64,000 nucleotides of DNA, taken from Hydrolagus colliei. Taxonomy: Eukaryota. Positions 36,213-49,380 of the stretch are shown one piece after another. The DNA is taken from positions 7,936,001 to 8,000,000 of the forward strand of contig CM068752.1 of assembly GCA_035084275.1 (NCBI GenBank), written 5' to 3'. Position 1 is the stretch's first letter. Every line of letters starts with the position of its first letter. The position numbers and the translations under genes are program-made. Under the pieces are notes generated by a model. That model searched no databases. It worked only from the letters and a program-made list of their open reading frames with translations, and was not told the origin of the DNA.

Positions 36213-38189
36213 TTATTTTAAAGGCTTGATGTTAACAAGAGTTTCCAAGGCCTTTGCCACTTGCTCGGAGCTTAAATTATCCAGTGGTATGCTTCGCTCT
36301 CTCCCAAAGTCTAAACAGGAGAAGAAAAAACAAAAACCAGGTACAATCTTTCAGTCCCCTTCCAGCACACAACAACAACAACATTGATTTATATAGTGCC
36401 CTCCATGCCAGACGGCGTCTCAGAGCGCTTCACAATAGCGGATCACGGGACTGAGCCAGGGGCAGGGGCAGAAAGGTGACCAAAGGCGCGGTTGAAGAGA
36501 AAGGTCTTCAGCTGTGACCTATAACTGGGAAGAGAAAGGGTGAGGCGAGGGAGTGAGGGAGGGAGTTCCAGAGCCTTGGGGCATAGTGGCTGAAGGCACG
36601 GCCACCGAGGGTGGAGCGGAGGATTCAGGGGACATGGAGTAGGCCAGACCCAGTGGAGCGAAGGCAGCGGGTGCTGTTTGGGGAGAGAGGAGGTCAGAGA
36701 CGTAGGAGGGTGCAGAGGAGTGGAGGGACTTGAAAACAACACTAACAACACATACAACACTAAAGTCAGAAAAATATTGCATAACTGGTGTGTAATAATC
36801 TTTTTCTAATGTAGGATTATCCCACAGCAGCCTATAAATCGGTCAAATAATATCCTACTGTGCTACAGTTGACATCTCTTACCATATCGAGCCCACAGTC
36901 TAGGTTGTACTTCTGCGCACTCCCGGATTAGTATGGGGATTTCTGGATTTGCCTTCTTCAGCGTCACATAGTGCTGTTCAACGAATTCCCTTTGGGAAGA
37001 AACATTGTTGAAAATTACACGAGTACTGAGCGTTGAGCTATTTCTAACCTTAAAAGGCCAGAAACAATGCGATTATTAACACAGCACGTTAATATCCACT
37101 GATATGTTGGGCAAGTGGTTGGGTATGATAAAAATAATCCTAATAATAATCCTTGCATTTGACATAGCGACTTGTTGATACATCTCCAAGCACTTCCCAA
37201 AATACATTGTAAAGTGGGATTGACTGTGTATATTTTGTGCGCAAAACGCGGAAGCCAATTGTGCACAGCAGCGATCCCACAAATAGCCATGGACTGAGTG
37301 ACCAGGACGTTTTTATTTTGTATTTTGGGGGAACAGCATGGTATATATATCAAAACACAAAATACTACAGATGCTGGGAATCTGAAACAAAAACAGGAGT
37401 TGCTGGGGAAACTCAGCAGGTCAGGCAGCATCCATGGAGAAAGGAAGAGGAGTCAATGTTTCAGGTCTACAACCGTTGGTCAGAACTGGGGCTTGTTTGG
37501 AGGGAGAGGTTTCTTAAGGACGTTAAAGGGGGAGAGGCAGGACATGGAAGACAAAGGAGAGAAAGAAGACAAAGGAAAAGGAAAAAAAAGAGTGTGTTAA
37601 CTGATGGGTTGAATATGTGTTAACGACTTCATGGGGAGAAACAGAAGGGGGTGGGTTTAAACGAAACTGGGGAGAAGAGGTGTTTAGTGGTGATAGAACA
37701 AAACACCAGAGGCAGGGGGTGTCTGGGGTTATAATTTATATCGTCTGCCGCAATATTAATTAATTAGCCTGCAGTGGGCAGTACCACCCTCATTACCACA
37801 TTACTGTACCCGCTCCAGGTTCACACCCTCCGCCTTCCTCCTCCGGTCACTCTCTCCAGGGGTTGTTTGAACCCCAGACTTAACGTACACTTCACCCCCA
37901 TTCTCACCCTCTTGTCCTAACTCCCCCCCCCCCTCCTCGCTGGGTCCTGTCCAGAGGCTGAAGCCCCTTCACAGGGTGTCCAGCAGACTGACCTCAGGGC
38001 CTCTCCCCCTGACCCCAGACCGGGCGAGAGAGAGGGGGGGGGGGGGTGTCAGTGTCTTCCTCCTTCGGGCCCCGGCCTCACCCACCTGGCCCCCTGGCTG
38101 GGCAACGATCTCTGGCACAGGTGCAGCCTGACCTCCCGGAGGCTCCCGCTCAACCGCGACCCGATGCCTCTGACCACGGCGGCCGCCAT
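36213..38189 (-). CDS. NDUFA2: NADH:ubiquinone oxidoreductase subunit A2, 102 aa, 3 exons
   Basis: Exons 38189-38086, 36989-36883, 36310-36213 give [102 protein letters not shown]. Not in the ORF track; lies between TMCO6 and IK as in human. Confidence 0.96.
36368..36740 (-). mobile_element. L2-type LINE 3' end in NDUFA2 intron 2
   Basis: [10 protein letters not shown]...KALELPP...SQLKTFLF coding remnant followed by an agcgctctgag...ctatataaat...(gtt)n tail. Confidence 0.7.
37352..37490. mobile_element. Shark-type interspersed repeat terminus (Penelope-like); a shorter copy lies at ~3355-3400
   Basis: tactacagatgctgggaatctgaaacaaaaacag is present at both loci; this copy continues with actcagcaggtcaggcagcatc. 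The family assignment is from memory. Confidence 0.5.
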
Positions 38190-38535
38190 GTTGTTTCCCG
38201 AGCCTAAAGGGGCCGCGCTGCGCTACACCCGTCGACCAATAGAAAGCGTCGGTAAAAGGTGAGGGCGGTGGTTTGGACCCGCAGCTGTTACTTTGATTGG
38301 TCACTCACGAGCTTCGCCCAATCGAATCAATGCGATGGGTGATTGGCATGTCTGACAACCAATGACAGCGAGGCGTGTGGGCGGGGTCTAGCGCAGTCTG
38401 GAGTAGTCGGTGGATGTGCGGCGGTTGTTGACAGACGGCGGGAGCGAGGCCTAGGGCGGCCAGGAGAAGCCTGGGACTTTATTTACACTTTATATCAGAT
38501 ACTCGAGGCCGGGGCTCGAGAACAAAGGAGCGAAA
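38190..38535. promoter_or_regulatory. Bidirectional CpG-island promoter shared by NDUFA2 and IK
   Basis: 346 bp lie between the divergent ATGs. CCAAT boxes occur in both orientations (38236, 38296, 38318, 38342, 38359) and a GC box at 38379. Confidence 0.8.
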
Positions 38536-41500
38536 ATGCCGGAAAGGGACAGTAAGTATCTCCCCAAGAGACGCCCCTTCCCCTCCCATACCAGCCACCC
38601 ACAGGCCCACACAACGAGGCCTCNNNNNNNNNNNNNNNNNNNNNNNNNNNNNNNNNNNNNNNNNNNNNNNNNNNNNNNNNNNNNNNNNNNNNNNNNNNNN
38701 NNNNNNNNNNNNNNNNNNNNNNNNNNNNNNNNNNNNNNNNNNNNNNNNNNNNNNNNNNNNNNNNNNNNNNNNNNNNNNNNNNNNNNNNNNNNNNNNNNNN
38801 NNNNNNNNNNNNNNNNNNNNNNNNNNNNNNNNNNNNNNNNNNNNNNNNNNNNNNNNNNNNNNNNNNNNNNNNNNNNNNNNNNNNNNNNNNNNNNNNNNNN
38901 NNNNNNNNNNNNNNNNNNNNNNNNNNNNNNNNNNNNNNNNNNCCACCAAACACACAGTTACTACACTTTCCAGTGTATCCTGTGAAGCGCTTTGAGACGT
39001 CTCAATGACGTGATCCAGCGCTGGGTCAAAAGCAAGGGTTATTGTTAATCGTCCCCGGGACCCCGGCCTGCGTAAATGTAAGTCGCTGTTGTTGTTGTTA
39101 CGGTGGTGGTTTGCGGGGGACATTGCTGTGTATTGTTATAACTGGGTTTCTCCCGCCTCGTCTCTCCACAGATGAACCGTTTTCCAACCCGCTGGCTCCG
39201 GACTCGCACGAGGTGGAAGATCCTCGGTCGTTGAACCAGTGAGTATTAATATAATACTAATATATATATAATATTATACGTCTCAGCAAGACGTCTGAAA
39301 CAAGAGAATCATTTGGGTCTGGACATGTCACCTCAGAATGTTCTCAGAATGCAGCCTGTTCCATTCACTTTGATATGAAAGCCAAGCCAAGTGACTGCAC
39401 TAGCCTAGATGGCTGCTGCTAGCTAGTTCAGCACTCGGGCGCTGTCACTCTGCGGTTGTTTTAGCTTCTTCGGTGGTTGCCTTTTTTGGTTCAATTACAT
39501 TTTTTTCACTGATTCTCACTCTCTCTCCTCTTACGCAAAGGTCCAAACTGACCAATGAGGATTTCCGAAAGTTGTTGATGACCCCGAGGTCGACGCCATC
39601 ATCCGCTCCACCTTCAAAAACACGACAACATGAGTGAGTGCGGGGAAGGGCAAAGCTGGGTGGAGGGGGTGGGTGCTTGGATATAGGATCAAATACAATA
39701 AGCATTAAAATGAACCTCAACTATATCTGCTTAAAGCATTGAATCATGCCTTGTTTTACGTGACGTGCCCCTCAGTCGTAGCATTTTCTCTGTGCGTCCA
39801 TCTAACCCAGTGTCTTGTTTGCAGGATGCCACGGGAATACAATGAGGAGGATGATCCCGCTGCCCGCAGGAGGAAAAAGAAAAGGTACCAAATCCTCCAG
39901 TGATCAGTAACTGAACCCACGAAATGCAGTCTGTGCCATACACAGATCAGTCTGCGACATACAGTAATCTAACAATGCATTTACGTTCATTTAAGCTAAG
40001 GAAGGAACAAGATCGTAGCCAACGTCTTAACGAGAAGTGTGACTGAGTAGATGTGGGTATGTGGTGGTATCAGTGAGGACATCTCCTCTCACACGGTGTC
40101 TCTTGGCTTTCAGTTACTATGCAAAGCTGCGGCAGCAGGAGCTGGAGCGAGAGCGGGAGTTGGCGGAGAAATACCGGGACCGAGCACGGGAGAGAAGGGA
40201 TGGCGTCAACAAAGATTACGAGGAGACTGAACTTATTAGCACAACAGCAAACTACAGAGCAGTGGGACCGACAGCAGAAGCGTGAGTGGATGAGTGGGCA
40301 TTAGGGGATGTTATTTTGTTGTTATTGGTTCCACTCTCACTTTGTATATAGAGTGGGGTTGTTGGTGGTGGGGGAGAGAGGTGGAATTATGATTTGCCTA
40401 AACCGAGTTGGCTATGTTAATCAACTGCTTGGAAACCTCAGAAACGTTTGTCCTCAGTGATTTTCTTTTTGACGCAGAGATAAATCCGCAGCTGAGAAAC
40501 GGCGACAGCTGATCCAGGAGTCCAAGTTCTTGGGTGGTGATATGGAGCACACTCACTTGGTGAAAGGCTTGGATTTCGCTCTGTTACAAAAGGTTAGGAA
40601 CAGCTTATACTCTTAAAAGCGGCTTAAGATCTGATCGGCTGAGACCTGAAGAATTTCAGGCTCCGGTCTCAAAAATGGCAGCTGACATTTCAGAATCCTT
40701 CTGCCTCCTAACTTTTTCAATTCACGTCCGTCCCACAACTCTAGGTCCGTGCGGAAATCACCAGCAAAGAGAGAGAGGAAGAGGATCTGATCGAGAAAGT
40801 GCAGAAGGAAGTCAAGTACGTGATCAGTGTGTGAGGGTGGGTGGACGGGTGGTCTGGGAGGGTGGTGCGAATTTGCACAATGTCCCAATTTAAGACAGAG
40901 AGCTCTTCAATACCATGGTGCCTATTCTGGCTACCTGAGGTATAGATGTGATCAGACTCCAGAGAAACTGAGGGTTTTAAAAATCCAGCGCCTCCTGACG
41001 TGAAAGACTGTGGCTGCTGAGTTTCTCCTAACCAAAACACACAGTTCAATTCACTTTACAGGTACTCTGTGTAGCGCTTTGAGACGTCGCAAATACATGA
41101 TAAGGCACTATCAAGCACAAGGTTTATTATCGTAAATGTTGTTCAGGTGGCCTGGAATCTGGGAACAGGCTGGCTGAGAAATGATGAAGCTGCAGAAATA
41201 TTTAATGCGAATATTAACTTTTGAAAACTTTTTTTGGTTTCTCTCTCTTCCTCCCACCACCACCACCACCACCCAGAAAAGATGAAGATCCTGAAAATAA
41301 GATCGAATTTAAAACGCGTTTAGGTAAGAAAGCCAGAGCCATAGAGTCTTGAAGACGTGGCAAGGCACTATATCAAATACTACATCAATCAAATCAAGGA
41401 TTATTATTATTATCAATTGAGCCAAACCTTGTTGTACCTCTAACCTACAAACGTGGCCCTAGAAGGCACTGTTGATGTGCCAGCAATGTTTGATGTAGTG

Positions 41501-44500
41501 ACTGTTTTTCCTTGTTTAATCAGCAGGGGTTTCTGGATAAACTCACAAAGCCATGGCGGAGTTTAGGATGTCCTCCCAACGTGAAATGCTCTGTACTAAT
41601 GTAATTTGTTATTGTTGTGGATGTGGGTCACAGTGAGCTGTTTCTCAGGTTATTTCTGCTCCCTGACTCTGCAGGCCGCAATGTGTACCGTATCCTGTTC
41701 AGGATCAAATCTCACGAACGCAACGAGCTGTTCCTCCCCGGGCGTATGGCCTACGTGGTGGATCTGGACGATGAGTACGCAGACACTGACGTGCCAACCA
41801 CCCTGATTAGGAGCAAAGCCGACTGTCCCACCATGGAGGTACGCACACACACAGCGACACAGTCACATAGCACTCAGTAACGCCAACACACAGGCTCAAT
41901 TGGCTCTCGCTTGTCGCCCACAAAATATGCAGTCAACCACTTTACCCCTCTATCCTGTGAAGCGCTTTGAGACGTCTCACTGGTGTGACAAGGCGCTGTA
42001 TCAGATTCAAGTACATTATTATTACCAATTCATGACTGAAACTCATGTGCTGTTGAAGTACTCCTATTGACCACATGGTGATGCTGTAGATTTGTGGTTG
42101 TGGTGATGGTGGGCCCTAGAAGGCACTGTTGTGTTTTGTATAGTGACTTTTTTCCTAGTTTAAACATGACCGCCCCCGAGTCCTGCCGTGACATTGTGTG
42201 ACTTGTGCTGTGTCCTCACAGGCGCAGACCACCCTGACCACAAACGACATCGTGATCAACAAACTGACCCAGATCCTGTCCTACCTGCGACAGGGAACTC
42301 GTAACAAGAAGCTGAAGAAGAAGGATAAAGGTGATAAAGGAGGGGGTGTCACTGAGTGTGTGTGTGTTTGGGACAGTCACAGAGTAGCCTCTATCAGTAA
42401 AGATACTGATAGATCAGCAAGTGCTAACATCAGGAAACAACCCTCGATTGTTTCATACTATTTCACACAATCAAGACATCTTTGATAGAGCTGCGTTACT
42501 TGCGTGTCACATTCTCTGTGTGTCGTCTGCTGTCTTAGTGGCTGAGGAATTATGGTGAACTTTCGTTCCAGCAAAAGCAAGGACATTAGGGTGGTCCGTA
42601 TTTCTGTGGTGACATTCGCCTCTGCTCTCTTTCTCAGGTAAACTGGGAGCCGATGAGAAGAGGCCTCCAGAGGCTGATATAAGGTACAGTATTCGTGTCA
42701 AAAGAAAGCTTCCGACAAAACAATGTGATGAGCAATTGCTTAGGGTGAAATCCTCTCCGGAAGAGGCTCAGTAACCTGGGACCTAAGTTACTGTGAAAAT
42801 AACCTCTTGATGTCAGGTATCTGTCATGAGCACACACACACACAGCCTCTCTGTTCTGTGGTGTTGAATCACTCAGAGGCGCTACCCCGCAAGGATGGCG
42901 CTATATTAATTGAAGTTGTAGTTCACTGTCTGTCATTTGAAAGTAACTGATGATCCTAACCTCCAGCTTGGGTGCAAATCCTTGCCTTGGGATGTCCTCC
43001 TGATGTGAAAGGCGCTGTACAAATACCATTTTTGTTCTTGTTTTTGGTGGTGAGACACTGTACGAAATCAGACTTGTTTATTCTATTCCGGGCTTGGCCC
43101 CAATTTTAATTCTTGGCGTCACTTTGTACAGCATCTTTGACGACATTGGGGATTACGTGCCCACCACAGCCAAGGTGGTCCGAGAGAAGGAGCGGGAGAA
43201 ATACCGGGAGAAGGAACGGGAGAGAGAGCGCGAACGGGAGAGAGAGCGAGAGAGGGAGAGAGAGCGGGAGAGGGAGAGAGACGAGGAGAAAAAATCCAGA
43301 CATAACTATTTTGAGAAGCCACGGGTGGACGATGAGGTATGTAGATAATGATGACTCAGGGTGAGACCAACAGGAACGCTTGGGGACTTTCCAGTGACTC
43401 AATGTCAGTGGTTGGGAAACACTGAGCTGTGGGTAGACAACCCTTATGGAAGTCCAGAGAATTCGTTAACAAGAGAAGAGGCATCAGGGGGAAATCGTTC
43501 TGTCTTAATGTTAAATATTTGAAGACATTTTAGATTTACATTTACATGTATTTATTATTTATTAATTTACATTTACATTTTGCCTACAAATATACAGTCA
43601 ATTCACTTTCCAGTATATTCTGTGAAATGCTTTGAGACATCTAGAAGATGTATAAAGTGTATACCAAATACAAGGATTATTTTTATTATCCCATCGTTAA
43701 AAAGTTTTAAACGTAAGAAAGCTCCCGTGTTCTTTTGGGTGGGGGGGATGTTGGGGAGGTAGAAGTGGGGGATTTTGCTGTAATGTGTCCTTGAATACTG
43801 TGGTTTCTGCTCTCATCAGAGATTGATCTGTATTTGCTCTGTCCATGCTTCACACCATAACCTGTGTTTTTTTTCTGTTTTTAATAGCCGCTGGATTTAG
43901 AGAGCGGTAAGTACATTCACTGAATCAGTGCTTTCTGTTAACTCTCTCTCGCGATGTTTGCTCGTTGGAATTGTTCTTTACACAAAGGGGAAAGGGTGAT
44001 TGAGGCTAAAAGACGGGAACTTATCTCAGAAACAGTGAGTGGAAGGCTGGAAGGTGGGGAATTCTGAAATTAGTTGAAATGGGCTGAAGGAGCTTTCTTC
44101 CTCTGATCGATCAGTTTGTGCCTCTTGATGAGATGTTGGGTCAGTGATTTAAACCACACAGCATGGTTTGAGACACGCCTGATACACAGCCACTTCTTCA
44201 TTACTGCCCAAGTTTTGCATGTTGAGTGGTGCTGTTATTTGGTGCGTGTGATGCCCAATTAGCATAATTTGCTGATGTGCTTGTCTTTATTCAGGTCCCG
44301 GAACAGCCAAAGATCTGATCAAATCCATCAACGAGAAGTTTGCAGGGACGGCAGGGTGGCAGGGAGCAGAGTCATATCCTTCCTATGATACAACGGCCAT
44401 GTGTCCTCACTCACCAGCCCGTACACTGCCACACTCCACTCCTCCTTCCCCCAGCTCGGCGTCAGACGCCGCGACTTGTCAAGCGCTAAGACCCTATCCT

Positions 44501-47094
44501 GATTGAAGAGCGCTATATGCAAGTTGTTCCCCCTACTTTCAGCCACTAAGCTACACATTTCCCCAAACCCACGATACTCCTGTTTCTTTTCTCTTTGCCT
44601 TCGAAAATCCCTTTTAGAAACATATTGCTTTTAGTCAACATCCGAAACTAATCCCTATTCCCTGCTCGGTGGCTTGTAGATGATTCCAGACGTTTGTCCT
44701 GTGGAGGGGAATAAATATGTTTGCTGTACGAGTGTAAGTTGATGCTTTTGGTATATTGATGTGCTAAATTTGCTGGGAGCAAGTCACCTTAACTCGTATC
44801 TTAAGGTTAAGAGACCGGATGACAAGAAGCGCCTGGGAGATTTCTTTGGGACATCGGATAGTTACGCAGAGTGCTACCCTGCCACGTAGGTATTGGGGCC
44901 GCTACCAGACAGGAGTGGGACTGATTGACCAGCCTGTTTAAGGCCAGTGCTGGCATTCGCTCCTTGCCCCTGGTGTGACCCAGGCTCTCCTTCCTTGTGT
45001 TCGCAGGCTGGACGACATGGCAGTGGACAGTGACGAGGAGGTGGACTACAGTAAAATGGATCAGGTATCATTCACAGAACTTCTCCGTCTGACAAGTGGG
45101 ATGTGCCTTTTAGCTGCTCGAGTTTCTCTGCAAACGAATCCCCCTCAGTGTATTCTGCTGTAGTGAGATAATGCGATTTAAAAATAAAATAAAATGAGCG
45201 GGCCAGCCCTGTGGGAGGGATGGTGAGAATATTGCTGTGGTTTGTGGCTGGAAACTCCTTGTCTTTACTGTGCTGCAGGGCAATAAGAAAGGGCCACTAG
45301 GACGCTGGGACTTTGACACACAGGAGGAATACAGCGAATACATGAACAACAAGGAGGCATTGCCCAAGTGAGTCCTCACCCCTCACCCACCCCACGGACC
45401 CGTGCCCCTCACCCCACCAGACCCGACCTCTCGAGACCCCGTCCTGACCATATTGGCCTCTGCCCGCCCCGCAGCCCACGAGAGATCAATGTCGAGTGTT
45501 TTTTGAGTTGACCCGTGGATTATTCTTCTCTCTCCAGAGCCGCTTTCCAGTATGGTATCAAGATGTCCGAGGGGCGTAAGACCCGGAGGTTTAAGGAAAC
45601 GAACGAGAAAGCGGAACTGGATCGACAATGGAAGAAAATCAGCGCGGTGCGTATCATCCCTATAACACATAGGGATATAACATCCCTCTATCATCCCTGT
45701 AACTCATTGGTTAGAGCCCCTGCCTTACAAGCGTAAGACCTGTATTCAAATCCAGGCAGATCAGGGCGAAACTTTGGGCAAGTTTCCTTACTTCACACAC
45801 ATGCCTAATACTAATCACTCCCAAAAAATAATAATAAAAATTGGTCATTTCAATTCACGACTCTTTGTGGGGACGCTGCTGTGTGCAATTGACTGCTGCG
45901 TTTCGCCCATAAATATACAGTCAATTCACTTTACAGTATATTCTGTGAATCGATAAGATGTGAAAAGCACTATCAAATGCAAGGATTGTTAACACTGACC
46001 CTCACAATCCAGGCCACTGACTGTCCCCATTAACAGCATTCATTGCAACCCTCTGATTGCAGACTGTAGAATTTACACCAATATCTGGACTCTCTTACTT
46101 TGCAATATGGTCAACAGGCCCACATAATAGGTCATGGTCTCATCTCTTGGGGAGAAAATCAGACCCTATTATGGTCAAATCGTTTGGTCAAACAGCATTC
46201 AATGCAAGACATTTGCACCTGGATTTAAGTGTTGGTTTATCTCTTGTGGTTTCAATCCATTTACACCCTTGCATTCAGTCATAGATTATACACTCACACA
46301 CAAATACATATGAAAATGTGACAGACAGATTTGATTGTTATCCGTCATGTGATGTTCTCCTGTTGTTTCCCTACAGATCATTGAAAAGAGAAAGAAGATG
46401 GAGGCTGAAGGGTGAGTGAAGAGAATCTTCCTAAATGTTTTTTCTCCTCTTGTTGAATTTTCTGCTGTCCTGAGTGTGTTTGAGATTTTCGATCAACGGG
46501 TAGAGTGCATGACTGCCTCCTGTCCCACATTGTCTGTCTGCGGGTTAGAATTATCAGTGGGAGAAGATTTAGCTAAACTCCATTATAGTATTGTGTGAAT
46601 TATGTCTTAATGGGCAGCACCCACATGCCTGGGCAGTGACCCGAGCAATACAATGGCAGTGACTTTGGAAGGGCAGCTTATGCAATGAGGTGCTTGTGCT
46701 ATGACCCTCTACCAATCTGTCCGCTCCCTCCACTCAATGGACTCTGGCCTGCTCCACGTTCCCCAACACATCCACCCCACCATTGGTGGGCGAGCCTCAG
46801 CCACTCTGCCCCCAACCTCTGGAATTCCATCCCATAGTCCCTCAGTCTCGACCCCTCCCTGGCCTCCTTCAAGTCCCGCTTCAAGAACCTCCTCTTCAAC
46901 TGTGCTATCGGTCACCTCCCCCCTTTCCCCGCGGAAGTGAAAGGTACTATACAAAATGTAATTTTGTTGTTGTAATCAGTATAGTAACGGGGCTGGGTGC
47001 TTTGTGATGGATTAATGGCTCTGTGATACAGTGTAATATAAATGCAACAATGTCTTTGTTTGACAGTGTGGAGGTAAAGAGGCCCAAGTACTGA
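38536..47094 (+). CDS. IK: Protein RED (IK), spliceosomal B-complex factor, ~552 aa, 20 exons
   Basis: Exons 38536-38551, 39172-39238, 39541-39633, 39825-39884, 40114-40281, 40478-40592, 40745-40815, 41277-41323, 41675-41838, 42222-42330, 42638-42683, 43132-43336, 43888-43906, 44295-44373, 44805-44885, 45007-45064, 45279-45367, 45538-45646, 46377-46411, 47067-47094. Motifs SKLTNEDFRKLLMTP, KYRDRARERRDG, FLGGDMEHTHLVKGLD, the RE repeat, and C-terminal EVKRPKY*. Confidence 0.96.
38624..38942. other. Assembly gap (319 N) in IK intron 1
   Basis: Run of N characters. Confidence 1.
44374..44804 (+). other. IK: U12-type (minor spliceosome) intron of IK with AT-AA termini
   Basis: 5' site TC|ATATCCTT, branch point CCTTAAC at 44787-44793; only a 3' end at ...TTAA| (44804) keeps the frame. 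Confidence 0.8.
45694..45990 (+). mobile_element. Near full-length tRNA-derived Deu-type SINE
   Basis: Same head, core and tail as the copy at 33843. Confidence 0.8.
46700..46972 (+). mobile_element. L2-type LINE 3' fragment
   Basis: caccccaccattggtgggcgagcc...ctctggaattcc...aacctcctcttcaac...tatacaaaatgtaattttgttgttg tail. Confidence 0.65.
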
Positions 47095-47752
47095 GAGCCG
47101 CTCCGTGTTTTCCACCTGGTGTGTCACGTTCCTGCATCCAGTGCCTCATCCACGTCATGTCCAGTAACACCATCGCTGACATCTCTCCCGCTCCTTAACG
47201 TGAAAAGCTCGGAGAGTTTCATTCCAGCCTTTCTGAGGATTCGATTCGTCTAAACGGGGAGTAAACAAACCCATGTGGTTACCGGGAGCCACGGATCGAC
47301 TGAGTATCTGTGTAGTTTGAAGCAAATACGTATTTTAAATATACCGTAAATTGATTTTCTGTGTAGAATTAACCCTTTTTTTGCCATTTGTGTTCTCTTT
47401 GTATTATTCTGTAAATGCAGTAAACACGAAATCGCTAGTTAAATGGGTCTTACGTGTTTTTATCGCTGTATAAACTTGACTCGAGTTTTCAATGCCCCTT
47501 CTCTTTCCATTTTATTATCTCCCCTTCACAGAATACAACAATGTCCCAAGGTTGGGACCAGAGCAGGGAGGGAGGGGTCGTAGTTGGGGGAAGCAAGTAG
47601 GAAAATTGACTGTATATACCTTTAAACTCCTACTGAATATTTATCAATCCAAGTCTGGATTTGATATGAAATATTCAGCAGCTCGTTGTTACAGCTGGGG
47701 AGATACATACAGAACAATCATTGATAACAGAACCACAAACAGTTTGTGCACC

Positions 47753-47758
47753 AATAAA
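47753..47758 (+). terminator. Candidate IK polyadenylation signal
   Basis: AATAAA about 660 nt after the stop codon. Confidence 0.4.
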
Positions 47759-49380
47759 ATACTGTTCATTATTTTACTGACAAACACAAGCACAGTTGAC
47801 AACAGCTGTACAGTGGTGGGGCTGCCTGACCAGCCTCGCTATTAAAAGTAGAACTGAGGAAAGTCATCCTCTGAGACATCCACACCTTCATTTGTAATGA
47901 TCACAGAGTATTTATCCCAAGTCTTGGAATCCCTTCCCCCACCACCCTTTCCCCTTCCCCCCCCCCCCCACCCCGCCCCACCACTCACTCCCTCTCCCTT
48001 GGGTTCGAGTTGCCGAGAACCCACCCAATAAAGCATGATTCACAGGAAAGCTTAACATCTGGGATTAGTTTATGGACCAAACAGTCTGGATGAGGAGGGA
48101 GGAGGAGCAGCCGATAGCTGGCTGTAAGATAACGTGACATTTAACAGGGTTCTGTGTCAGGCTCTGGCTGTGAGCTGAACTCATTATCTCAGCTCTGAGC
48201 CTTCAATGATTGAGTCACATCTTTTTATTACTCAATAATTATGTCTGGGAAAACTCAGATGGTTCTTTGAGAAACGTATTTGCATGTGCAGTATAGTCAT
48301 CTATTCCCAGAATCTCTGCCTGATTTACCTGGAAGAGAATAATAATGTGTTTGATACAGCGTCTTATCTCTTCGAGGCTCCTCAAAAAGCCTTGCTCAGG
48401 ATATACTGTAAAGCAAATAGATTTTTTTTTAGTGGTTGAAATGATCTGTCCTGATCCATCAAAGCTGATATCTCTCTCACGCCTGAACCTCTTGGCTTGC
48501 TGCTTTGTTGGGAGTTTACTTGCTCAATCCTATTGCTTGGGGCAGCATCCTATTGTTACAGCGCCTTGGGACGTCCTCCTGACATGAAAGGCGCTATACA
48601 AATACAATTTGTTGTTGTTATTGCGAACCTTGTACAACTCGATAATGTTCTCTCTCGTGAGTCATCTCCTTTCATGGCTGAAAAGCTTTAGCTGATAATA
48701 GTAACTTCCTCAGAGCTCATCCATCACCGGGATCAGCCTTGTTGCTCTCCCGTGAGCTCTCTCCGGGCTCTGAGAAGTCCCTTGTGTTGAAAACAGAATG
48801 ATAGTGTATGCAGTATTCCATTCAGCTGATAAGATTATTATTCATGCGTTTCAGACCATTTTCTGGGATCTGAGTTCAATTAATTTGGCAATGCAGCACG
48901 GCATTCAATTAGCAATGCAGAGAGAGTCGGATGGGGGGGGAAGAGCATTGTGAAATGCCTCATCCCCTCCTCATCTCTCCTCTCTCTCTCTCCCCCCCCA
49001 CCCACACCCCCCACACCCCACCCACCAGGAGTAGTAGTGCAGTTGTAGTTTATTGTTAATGCTGATGATTTCTCGCTCTTGCGAACAGAGAACACAAGGC
49101 TAATTAAAAGAATATTTGGAAACCTTTTCACAGCACGATTCAAACCAGGAGCGCCTTAGCCAGACCTCCAGGGTTCAAATAACATGTGTAACATGAGCCT
49201 TCAGCCTCTCCTCTCCCAAGGAGGCCTCAAAGGTTGGATGGAGTCCACTTTTGAATGAGGTCCAGCAGAATTGCCAAGCTTATTACACCTCAGTGAGTTC
49301 CAATCAGCTGAGATAATATCTTCACATACTGTACGTTGGTTGTTATTCGTGTGCACCCTCAATCAGTTGTCTCCAACTTA

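Noticed and set aside
37459-37483. Hammerhead-ribozyme-like core on the minus strand (ctgacca...gaaa) in the Penelope-like repeat
   Set aside because: The conserved CUGAnGA core is mutated and flanking stems are not evident; likely a dead relic.
38479-39123. ORFs of 149-214 aa spanning the N run
   Set aside because: Open only because the gap hides stop codons.
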